A stretch of 64,000 bases of DNA from positions 40,076 through 104,075 of the forward strand of contig JAEWNY010000028.1 in the NCBI GenBank assembly GCA_023461075.1, read 5' to 3'. Under the pieces are notes generated by a model, which was not told where the DNA came from, did not search any database, and was given only the letters and a program-made list of their open reading frames with translations. Below are positions 1 through 8,176 of the stretch, one piece after another. Made by a program: the position numbers and the translations under genes. The DNA is from Pseudomonadota bacterium. Its GTDB lineage: Bacteria; Pseudomonadota; Gammaproteobacteria; Xanthomonadales; Xanthomonadaceae. Position 1 is the stretch's first letter. The number at the start of each line of letters is the position of its first letter.

Positions 1-2142
1 CTTGAGGTCGGAAGGCGCAAACGACCTGACATCCACGGCAGTGCCGTACTCGCCATTCGACGAGACCGGGCGCGGTGTACCGCCGTCCAGGCGCGGCACC
101 GGAGTCAAACCGGTCGGCGAGCCGTCAGCGGCGATGCCCGTATAGGTGAAGTACTCGTTGGTGAAGGTCGATGCCGACGCGCCGCGAATCGCGACGTTGT
201 TGGGCATGGCAAGGAAGTAACGGCCGGCGTTACCGAACACCTTCATCGACGAGTTACCGAACACATCCCAGGCAAAGCCCAGACGCGGCGCCCACTGGTC
301 CTTGGCATCGAGGTAACTCTCGCCCGCATCGTTCTTGTTGGTGAACTGATCATTGCGGAGGCCGAGCGACAAAAGGAAGTTGTCGGTGACCTGCCAGCGG
401 TCCTCGATATACCAAGCCTTCTGCTGCAGTGACATTGCAGTCGCGGTTTCGAATACGCGATTGTTGACGTAGTAGCCGTTCGGATTGGCCGCAGTGACCG
501 CACTGCCCACGCCCAAGGTCGGCGCGATGTTGTTGACGGTACGCCCGTAGATCCAGCGCGGGGCGATCATGTCCACGCCCTCGTTTTTCGAGGTGAACTC
601 GATGTTGTCGATGCCGACGGTCAGCGTGTGGTCGCCCAGTGCCCATTCCAGGTCAGCACGCAGACCCTCGGTTTCGTTGACCGAATCGGTAATGCCATGC
701 GCAGCCTGTGCATTGCGGATAGGTGTACCCCCGTTGAGTGCCGGGTTCTGCAGCGTCGGGCTGCTGATCCAGGGCATACCGGGAATGACCGAGCTTAGGT
801 AGTTCTCCATCTTGCTGCGACCGTATGTCGCACTGAACGTCAGGTTGTCGGTGAGCCAGCCGGTGTATTTGGCGATCGCGTAGCGGTTGGTACGCTCGAA
901 TTCATCCACGGTCGACATGCGGGCACCGACTGCCCCGGTGTCGAAATCGTAAGCATTGAACACGCCGTTGCGATCGGTCTTCTCACCCAGATAGGTCAAT
1001 TCGACCAAGTGGTTGTCGGTGATGTTCCAGTCGATCTTGCCGTACAGCTTGGGCACTTTCTGGGTGCGCTCGCGCTGGCCGGGCAAATTGCCCAACGCAT
1101 TGGGAGTCGCGACTGCCTTGTTCTGTTCCATCTCACCGGCCACGAAGAAGAACAACCGGTCTTGCACGATCGGACCACCAACGTAGGCGCTGTAGGAGTG
1201 GCCCCAACTGGTGTCGTCCTTGCCGCGATAGAACAACGTACCAGGCACATCAGGGTCGGTGTATTCCCACTGGCAGCGTTGTGTACCCCCGGCACCGCAG
1301 GTGCTTGGCAAAGCCGGGTTGGCGTTGGGGCCAGCCAGGTCGATGTTCGGGAACATCAGGTCTTCGCGCTCTCCACGGAGGCTCTTCGGTGTGTAGGTCA
1401 CCTGTCCACCGAACTGCCACTCGTTGGTACCGCGCCTGCCGTTCTGGTTGATCACGCCGCCGGCCGAGCGACCGTATTTGGCGCCATAACCACCGATGAA
1501 GGTTTCCTGCTGCTCGATCGCGCCGTACGGCAGCATGAAGCCACCCATGTTGGAAACCGGCTCACCGGTGAAGTAGCCGTTGACGTAATACGAGTTCTCG
1601 GAAACGCCTGAGCCACCGAATGAAACCAGTCCGCCGAAGAAGCCGGAAGCGCCACTGACCGCACCCGGTGCGAGCAAAGCGATCGCCTCGGCCGAACGGG
1701 CCAATGGCAGGCGCTCCAGCTGATCGGCAGTGACGATGCTGCGGGTATCGACCGCTCGGGTGTCGATCGCCGGGACGCTCGATCCCCTGACCGTGACAGT
1801 ATCCAACGATCCGCCGGTACCGCTGCCACCGAATGAAACATCCGAAGCCGCGCCGGCGAGCACGGTGACTTCACGAGTGCCGACCACTTGACCGTCGCGC
1901 TCCGCAGTCACTGTGTACCTGCCCACCGGAAGAGTGGAAATGTTGTATCGGCCACTTGAGTCGACCGAAACAGTACGGGTCAACCCACTGGCATTGCGGA
2001 CCGTGACGGTAGTGCCGGCAGGCACGCTACCAAAAACATTACCCGTGGTGCTCTGCGCCTGCACCGCTCCGGCGAAGCACACACCCATCGCTAGGACGAG
2101 CGCACTCCGCTTGAGCGAGCGGCCGATATCTTTGGAAGACAT
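1..2142 (-). CDS. TonB-dependent receptor, Oar-like, with N-terminal carboxypeptidase-regulatory-like domain (3' end runs off the window)
   Basis: Not in the ORF track. Translated by hand from ATG 2142 (RBS GGGAG): MSSKDIGRSLKRSALVLAMGVCFAGAVQAQSTTGNVFGSVPAGTTVTVRNASGLTRTVSVDSSGRYNISTLPVGRYTVTA. Shows a signal peptide and a plug motif GGYGAKYGRSAGGVINQ; the same frame reads VRSFAPSDLK at the window edge. Confidence 0.88.
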   Translation of the reverse strand, partial: MSSKDIGRSLKRSALVLAMGVCFAGAVQAQSTTGNVFGSVPAGTTVTVRNASGLTRTVSVDSSGRYNISTLPVGRYTVTAERDGQVVGTREVTVLAGAASDVSFGGSGTGGSLDTVTVRGSSVPAIDTRAVDTRSIVTADQLERLPLARSAEAIALLAPGAVSGASGFFGGLVSFGGSGVSENSYYVNGYFTGEPVSNMGGFMLPYGAIEQQETFIGGYGAKYGRSAGGVINQNGRRGTNEWQFGGQVTYTPKSLRGEREDLMFPNIDLAGPNANPALPSTCGAGGTQRCQWEYTDPDVPGTLFYRGKDDTSWGHSYSAYVGGPIVQDRLFFFVAGEMEQNKAVATPNALGNLPGQRERTQKVPKLYGKIDWNITDNHLVELTYLGEKTDRNGVFNAYDFDTGAVGARMSTVDEFERTNRYAIAKYTGWLTDNLTFSATYGRSKMENYLSSVIPGMPWISSPTLQNPALNGGTPIRNAQAAHGITDSVNETEGLRADLEWALGDHTLTVGIDNIEFTSKNEGVDMIAPRWIYGRTVNNIAPTLGVGSAVTAANPNGYYVNNRVFETATAMSLQQKAWYIEDRWQVTDNFLLSLGLRNDQFTNKNDAGESYLDAKDQWAPRLGFAWDVFGNSSMKVFGNAGRYFLAMPNNVAIRGASASTFTNEYFTYTGIAADGSPTGLTPVPRLDGGTPRPVSSNGEYGTAVDVRSFAPSDLK

Positions 2143-2302
2143 AAGTAACTCCCGAGCATTAAAACGTTGAGAGGAGAGAAATAACCCGACCCTCAAAGAG
2201 CCGGCGTCCCGACTATACGCTCGGCAACAAATCTTTAACAAGGGGGTAACGGCGTATTTACGAATCGAGCCTGATATCAGCCGGCCGGCCATGCAACGGT
2301 CC

Positions 2303-2337
2303 AAAAAGAAAGGGCCCTGTCGCCAGGGCCCTCCTTC
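2303..2337 (-). terminator. Intrinsic terminator of the second TonB-dependent receptor
   Basis: Minus strand AGGGCCCT-GGCGAC-AGGGCCCT followed by TTCTTTTT, just after the stop at 2361. Confidence 0.8.
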
Positions 2338-2360
2338 ACAACATCAACTCTACGGATCGA

Positions 2361-5300
2361 TCAGAAGCGCTGGGTGTACTTGAAGTACCAGAAGCGACCG
2401 ATGTCGAACGCACCGTCATAGACGAAGTTAGAGTTCGGCTGGCTGTACATCACCGGGCCATAACGATCGAAGACGTTGTTGGCACCCAAGGCGATCGTGG
2501 CATTCCACGGGGCCTGGATGCGCATCTGCACGTCATTGAAGGTGACCGAGCCGGTGCGATTGCGACGCGACAGCGAGCTTGCGGGGCTGCCATCCGCGTT
2601 CAAAGCGCCGGTCGGGGCGTAGGTGATCTCGTTGCACTCCAGGTGCGCCACCGTCACCGGCGGAACGCCCGCAGCCAAATTCGCTGCGCTGGTCGGGGTG
2701 AAGTAGGAGCAGGACTCCTTGGCCGACGAGTAGTAACGCGCCGCCCAGCTGAAGCCCAGGATGCCGCGTTCCCAGCTGAGGTTGGCGTTGGAGCGGATGC
2801 GCGGGAAGCCGGCGAAACCGACGCTGGAGAGCGGGTAGCGCGGGTCGTTGGTCGAGATCAGCACGTCCTTGGCGGTGTAGGTGCTCATCCACGCGAGGCG
2901 GAAGTCACCCATCGCAGCCGAGTTCCAGCGATAGGTCACGTCGAAATCGTAACCTTCCACTTCACGGTAACCGGCGTTGCGGTTGCCGAACGAAACGGTC
3001 GGGATGCCAGTGACCGGGTCGCGGGTGAACAGTGCCGGCGCACAACGCGAGGCGATGCCCTGCACGTAGCAGTCGGCAAGGACCAGCGACGGGGTATCGC
3101 CCACGATGGTGTCCTCGACGCGGATCTTCCACCAATCCAGAGCAAAGTTGAGGTTCTGAGCGAAGGTCGGGCTCCAGACCACGCCCACCGTCTTGCTCTT
3201 CGAGGTCTCGGGGGTCAGGGTCGGGTTCGAGCCGCTGGTGAACGCCACCGGCGTCTGCGCCGGAACCGTGCCTACCGGGTTGAAGCCCTGACCCAACTGG
3301 CGATAGGTCGCCGCCAGTGCGCCCAAGGCGCCGTTGCCACCCACACCATTGGCGCAATTGGTGCGCACCGTTGCATTGCTCGCGGCCGCACCGTAGACGG
3401 TGTCACACGGATCGGTGAAGGTCGAGAAGGTCTGTGAACCGCCGTTGTAGAGGTCGGAAATGGTCGGCGCACGGAAGCCGTCGGCCACAGTTGCGCGGAA
3501 CATCAGCTGGTCGATCGGCTTCCAGCGCAGGCCGAACTTGTTGTTGGTGGTGTTGCCGAAGGTGTCGTACTTGGAATAGCGCGTCGCACCGTTCAGCACC
3601 AGCTCCTGGGCAAACGGGACGTCACGCAGGACCGGAACCTCCAGCTCGAGGTACGCTTCTTGCACCTTGTAGCCACCACGGGTCGGACCACCGGCCAGGT
3701 TGGTCGAGCCAGCGGTCACGGCCAGCGCGTCCGGGGTGAACTTGCCGCTTTCCTTGCGCTGCTCAAGCCCGAAGGCGAACGCCAGATCGCCGGCCGGCAG
3801 CGTCACGATCGGGCCGGTCAGGTTGGCATACATCACTTCGGTCTTGGTTTCGCCGGTCGAGTGCTCTTCCTGGAACAGGAAGTTCTGCAGCGCGGTGTTG
3901 CCGGTCAAGCCACCCTGCCCGACGCGCCCTTCATCCAGGAACGGGTTGAACGGCACGCACTGGCTGAGCGGAATCGGTGCGGCTGCCGTGCCGCACTGCA
4001 CCTGGCCCTGGGCGTTGAGGAACGAGGGACCGACCGCGGCGCGGGTGTTGGCAAGGTTGAGGTTGCCGGAGGTCGCTTGGGTCAGGCTGTTGCGGTTGTG
4101 CAGGTAGCCGACATCCCAATCGAAAGTACGACCCCACAGATCGAAATCACCGGCGAATTCGCCGTTGAAGCGATAGGTGTTCAACTCGGCCGAGGTCACG
4201 CGCGGCACTTCCCAGGTCCGGCGCCACCAGCTGGAGATGTCTGCACCGGTCGGATTGAAGTAGCTGTTGGCAGCCATCGGCGTACCGAACGAAGCCGCCT
4301 GCATCGGATAACCGGCGATGCTGCGCGAGGACACGCGGTTGGAGTACATCAGGTTGGTGCGGAAGCGCACGCGGTCGGTGAACTGGTAGGTGCCGTCCAG
4401 ATACAGCGACTTAGTCGACAGCGGCACACGGATGTGCATCTGCTCGTTGGAATTCGACTTGTCGGCGATCACACCCGGTGTACAAACATTCGGGCCCGGA
4501 GCTGCCGCGCTGTTGGGCAAGCAGGTGCCGGTCACCGTGTTCTGCAGACGCCAGGACGAGGGAAGGCGCGGATCGGCGCCATCGATCACCACCACGCGGT
4601 TGCCGTTGGCGATGCCCGCGATCGGATTGCCTGCGCTGGTGACAAAGCCACCCTTTTGACCCACGACGGTCCAGCCATCGGTCGGGTGATAGGGGCCACG
4701 CGGGAACGCGGTGACGGCGCGGTCCTTCGCCCACACTTCGTCTTCCTTGGTCCACTCGGCGGCGGCGGTCAGTGAACCGCGATCGCCACCGAAGCCCATG
4801 ACCAGATCGCCACGGGTGATGGCGCCATCACCCCTGCTGTACTGGCCGTAGTAGGCGCTGGCGGCTGCGCCCTCGTAATTTGTGCGCGTGATGACGTTGA
4901 TCACGCCCGAAATCGCATCGGAACCATAGACCGCGGACGCGCCATCCTTCAGCACTTCGATGCGCTCGACGGCGGCAGCCGGGATCGTGGAGATGTCGGC
5001 CAGGCCGGCGGTGGTGATGCCCAGGCGCTTGCCGTTGAGCAGAACCAGGGTGCGAGCGGCGCCCAGGTTGCGCAGGCTGATGTAGGTACCGCCAACGTTC
5101 TCACCGGAAGAAAGCGGCGCAGCGCGGCTGATCGGCGGGGTGCCGGTCGAGGTCACATTCTGCAGGATGTCGCCGACCGACTGGAAGCCCTGCTTCTCGA
5201 TCTCCTGGCGGGTGATGAAGGTCACCGGCTGGGCGGTTTCGATGTCGACCTGACGGATACGCGAGCCGGTCACTTCGATGCGGTCGAGCGACCTGGGCTC

Positions 5301-5414
5301 TTCCTGGGTCTGGGGTTCTTGGGTCTGCGCAAGCGCATTGCCCGCGACCAGCGAGGCGGTGCCGACAAAGAGGGCGAACTGGATCGCACTCGTCAGCTTC
5401 TTGGTATTCAACAT
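2361..5414 (-). CDS. TonB-dependent receptor
   Basis: Start MLNTKK at 5414 with GGAGAG RBS; signal peptide; TonB box region LDRIEVTGSRI; plug motif ERIEVLKDGASAVYGSDAISGVINVIT; C-terminal GRFWYFKYTQRF. Confidence 0.93.
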   Translation of the reverse strand: MLNTKKLTSAIQFALFVGTASLVAGNALAQTQEPQTQEEPRSLDRIEVTGSRIRQVDIETAQPVTFITRQEIEKQGFQSVGDILQNVTSTGTPPISRAAPLSSGENVGGTYISLRNLGAARTLVLLNGKRLGITTAGLADISTIPAAAVERIEVLKDGASAVYGSDAISGVINVITRTNYEGAAASAYYGQYSRGDGAITRGDLVMGFGGDRGSLTAAAEWTKEDEVWAKDRAVTAFPRGPYHPTDGWTVVGQKGGFVTSAGNPIAGIANGNRVVVIDGADPRLPSSWRLQNTVTGTCLPNSAAAPGPNVCTPGVIADKSNSNEQMHIRVPLSTKSLYLDGTYQFTDRVRFRTNLMYSNRVSSRSIAGYPMQAASFGTPMAANSYFNPTGADISSWWRRTWEVPRVTSAELNTYRFNGEFAGDFDLWGRTFDWDVGYLHNRNSLTQATSGNLNLANTRAAVGPSFLNAQGQVQCGTAAAPIPLSQCVPFNPFLDEGRVGQGGLTGNTALQNFLFQEEHSTGETKTEVMYANLTGPIVTLPAGDLAFAFGLEQRKESGKFTPDALAVTAGSTNLAGGPTRGGYKVQEAYLELEVPVLRDVPFAQELVLNGATRYSKYDTFGNTTNNKFGLRWKPIDQLMFRATVADGFRAPTISDLYNGGSQTFSTFTDPCDTVYGAAASNATVRTNCANGVGGNGALGALAATYRQLGQGFNPVGTVPAQTPVAFTSGSNPTLTPETSKSKTVGVVWSPTFAQNLNFALDWWKIRVEDTIVGDTPSLVLADCYVQGIASRCAPALFTRDPVTGIPTVSFGNRNAGYREVEGYDFDVTYRWNSAAMGDFRLAWMSTYTAKDVLISTNDPRYPLSSVGFAGFPRIRSNANLSWERGILGFSWAARYYSSAKESCSYFTPTSAANLAAGVPPVTVAHLECNEITYAPTGALNADGSPASSLSRRNRTGSVTFNDVQMRIQAPWNATIALGANNVFDRYGPVMYSQPNSNFVYDGAFDIGRFWYFKYTQRF

Positions 5415-5591
5415 TTGGGGTCTCTCCAGAGAGTCGCAAGTAGGCCAGCCAGTACGGCGCGGCTTTCCGGAGCATAACGCAAATTTCACGATACGGGAAA
5501 GCTCAGGTTCAGCAACCCCTATTCATCAACCCGTTGTTGCGCATTTGTTCAGATCACGTCACAACTTCGTGATACACACGCCCAAGTATGG

Positions 5592-7358
5592 TTAACGAAG
5601 CTGGGCATTGATCCTGCGCTGCTCGCCTTTCAATGCCTCCGGCATGCGCGGCCCGTATTCATCCAGATACTCGCCGATACCGGCGAACTCCTGCCGCCAC
5701 CCGTCGCGGTCGTAGCCAAACAGCTTCTGGCGGGCCTCGTCGGTCAGCGGCACGCCGTCCAGATTGATGTCCTCGACCTTTGGCAGGTGGCCGATCGGCG
5801 TCTCGACGCTATCCACCTCGCCGGCGACGCGCTTGAGCATCCACTCCAGCACGCGCATGTTGTCGCCGAAGCCCGGCCACAGGAAATCGCCACCCTCGCC
5901 CTTACGGAACCAGTTGACGTGGAAGATCTTCGGCAACTTCGCGCCGGGCGTGTCGAAAGACAGCCAGTGGCTGAAGTAGTCGGCGAAGTTGTAGCCGCAG
6001 AACGGCTTCATCGCCATCGGGTCGCGACGCATCACGCCGATCGCGCCGGTCGCCGCAGCGGTGGTCTCCGAGCCCATTGCCGCGCCGACCAGCACGCCAT
6101 GGGTCCAGTCGCGCGCCTCGAACACCAGCGGCACCAGCGAGGCGCGACGCCCGCCGAACACGATCGCCGAGATCGGCACGCCCTCGGCATCCTCGGCATG
6201 CGGCGAATACGACGGGCACTGTTTGGAACTGACCGTGAAGCGCGCATTGGGATGCGCCGCCGTCTGCCCGGCGTTGCAATCGTATGCATTTCCGCGCCAG
6301 TCAATGGCAGGCACGCGCTTGTCGAGCCCTTCCCACCACGGCTGGTTGTCGTCGGTGACCGCGACATTGGTGAAGATGGTGTTCTTCCGGATGGTCGCCA
6401 GTGCGTTCGGGTTCGACTTCTGCGAAGTGCCCGGTGCGACGCCGAAGAATCCCGCTTCCGGGTTGATCGCGTACAGGCGGCCATCGGCGCCTGGGCGCAT
6501 CCAGCAGATGTCGTCACCAATCGTGCTGATCTTCCAGCCATCGCGGACATAGCCTTCCGGCGGGATCAGCATGGCCAGGTTGGTCTTGCCGCAGGCGCTG
6601 GGGAAGGCGGCGGCGATGTAATGGGTCTCGCCCTTCGGGTTCTCGATGCCGAGGATCAGCATGTGCTCGGCCAGCCAGCCCTCGCTGCGGGCCTGGTGGC
6701 TGGCGATGCGCAAAGCATGGCACTTCTTGCCGAGCAGGGCATTGCCGCCGTAGCCGGAACCGAACGACTGGATCTCGAGCTCGTCCGGGAAATGCATGAT
6801 GAAGCGGCGGTCGGGATTGAGGTCGCCGGTCGAATGCAGGCCCTTGACGAAGCTGCCCTCGCGCTCGATGCGCGCGAGTGCATCCGCGCCCATACGGGTC
6901 ATCAGCCGCATGTTGGCGACGACATAGGGCGAATCGGTAATCTCGACCCCGCAACGCGACAGCGGCGAATCGATCGGGCCCATGCAGTAGGGGATCACGT
7001 ACATCGTGCGGCCCTGCATGCAGCCGTCGAACAGCGACTTCATCTGTTGCCGCGCAAGGTCCGGCGCCATCCAGTGGTTGTTGGGGCCGGCCTCATCGCG
7101 TTCGCGTGTGCAGACGAAGGTCAGGTGCTCGACGCGGGCGACATCGTCCGGATGCGAGCGATGCAGGTAGCTGTCGGGGTGGGTGTCTTCGTTGAGCTTG
7201 AGCAGGGTGCCATCGGCCAGCATCGCAGCGATCAACGCGTCGTTCTCGGCATCGCTGCCATCGCACCAGTGGATGCGGTCCGGGCGCGTGAGTGCGGCGA
7301 CTTCATCGACCCACTGGTTGAGCGGATCGAGTTGGCTGGTCTCTTTGAGTGCGTTCAT
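5592..7358 (-). CDS. pckG: Phosphoenolpyruvate carboxykinase (GTP)
   Basis: Motifs GSGYGGNALLGKKCHALRIAS, FPSACGKTNLAM, GDDICW, AHPNARFT; start placed at MNALKET. Confidence 0.95.
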   Translation of the reverse strand: MNALKETSQLDPLNQWVDEVAALTRPDRIHWCDGSDAENDALIAAMLADGTLLKLNEDTHPDSYLHRSHPDDVARVEHLTFVCTRERDEAGPNNHWMAPDLARQQMKSLFDGCMQGRTMYVIPYCMGPIDSPLSRCGVEITDSPYVVANMRLMTRMGADALARIEREGSFVKGLHSTGDLNPDRRFIMHFPDELEIQSFGSGYGGNALLGKKCHALRIASHQARSEGWLAEHMLILGIENPKGETHYIAAAFPSACGKTNLAMLIPPEGYVRDGWKISTIGDDICWMRPGADGRLYAINPEAGFFGVAPGTSQKSNPNALATIRKNTIFTNVAVTDDNQPWWEGLDKRVPAIDWRGNAYDCNAGQTAAHPNARFTVSSKQCPSYSPHAEDAEGVPISAIVFGGRRASLVPLVFEARDWTHGVLVGAAMGSETTAAATGAIGVMRRDPMAMKPFCGYNFADYFSHWLSFDTPGAKLPKIFHVNWFRKGEGGDFLWPGFGDNMRVLEWMLKRVAGEVDSVETPIGHLPKVEDINLDGVPLTDEARQKLFGYDRDGWRQEFAGIGEYLDEYGPRMPEALKGEQRRINAQLR

Positions 7359-7413
7359 GACTGCATCCGTTGGATGGTGTAACGCCGCATGCGGATGCGG
7401 CATCGGTGAAGGA

Positions 7414-8004
7414 TCAGGCGGCGCGGTTCGGGATCAGCGTCGCCATCATGTGGTCGACGTAGTCCTCGAACTCCTCTCGCTGCATGTCGCGCTGCCCAAG
7501 TTGCAGGTTGAGCTGCAGGAACCCGACATACGCCGCGTAAGCCAGACGTGCGCGATGCTGGGCGTCGGTGGCATCAAGCCCGGCGGCGCGGAAGGCGGCG
7601 GTCAGGTAATCCATCCGCCGCTTGGACACCCGCCCGATCACCGGCTGCACCGAGGGATGGTCGAGTGCCTTGAGCAGTTCGCTGTAGATGACGTGGGACT
7701 GCACCTCGTTGGCGACGACCTTGAACAGCGCACCCAGGCGCTGCGCCGGGTTGTCGATCCTCTCGAGCTGGCCGAAGACCTCTTCCTGCTCGTGAGTCTC
7801 CCAACGATCCAGCGCCGCCTGCAGCAACGCGTCGCGCGAAGGGAAATGCCAGTAGAAGCTGCCCTTGGTCACGCCCAACCGGCGCGCCAGCGGCTCGACC
7901 GCGACGGCGGAGACGCCCTGTTCGGCGATCTGGTCGAGCGCGGCCTGCGCCCAGTCTTCGGCGCTGAGGCGTCCGCTGCGTTCGGGTTTGTCGGGAGGCG
8001 TCAT
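7414..8004 (-). CDS. TetR/AcrR-family transcriptional regulator, divergent from fadE
   Basis: HTH GVSAVAVEPLARRLGVTKGSFYWHFPSRDALL; start placed at MTPPDKPERS. Confidence 0.92.
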   Translation of the reverse strand: MTPPDKPERSGRLSAEDWAQAALDQIAEQGVSAVAVEPLARRLGVTKGSFYWHFPSRDALLQAALDRWETHEQEEVFGQLERIDNPAQRLGALFKVVANEVQSHVIYSELLKALDHPSVQPVIGRVSKRRMDYLTAAFRAAGLDATDAQHRARLAYAAYVGFLQLNLQLGQRDMQREEFEDYVDHMMATLIPNRAA

Positions 8005-8055
8005 GCCGGCATTTAACCATACGCCGGCGTCGTGTTGCGTATGCCGCAGCGCAAC

Positions 8056-8092
8056 TTGACTTGCGATCCCGCCAAACATACTTTTGCGTATG
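8056..8092 (+). promoter_or_regulatory. Sigma70 promoter of fadE overlapped by a CATAC-N6-GTATG palindrome (probable TetR operator)
   Basis: TTGACT (8056-8061), 17-bp spacer, TACTTT (8079-8084); inverted repeat CATAC-TTTTGC-GTATG at 8077-8092. Confidence 0.7.
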
Positions 8093-8176
8093 GTCGCTGG
8101 AAACCGTGCAGTAACACGGCTTTTGGCATCCTTAATCCCAAAGTGCGTACCCGCTACGCGCGCCGCAGGAGTCCCC

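Noticed and set aside
5516..5525. CCCCTATTCA shared with 62768 upstream of gap/ompW
   Set aside because: A single 10-bp match is plausible by chance in 64 kb; no palindromic or spacing support
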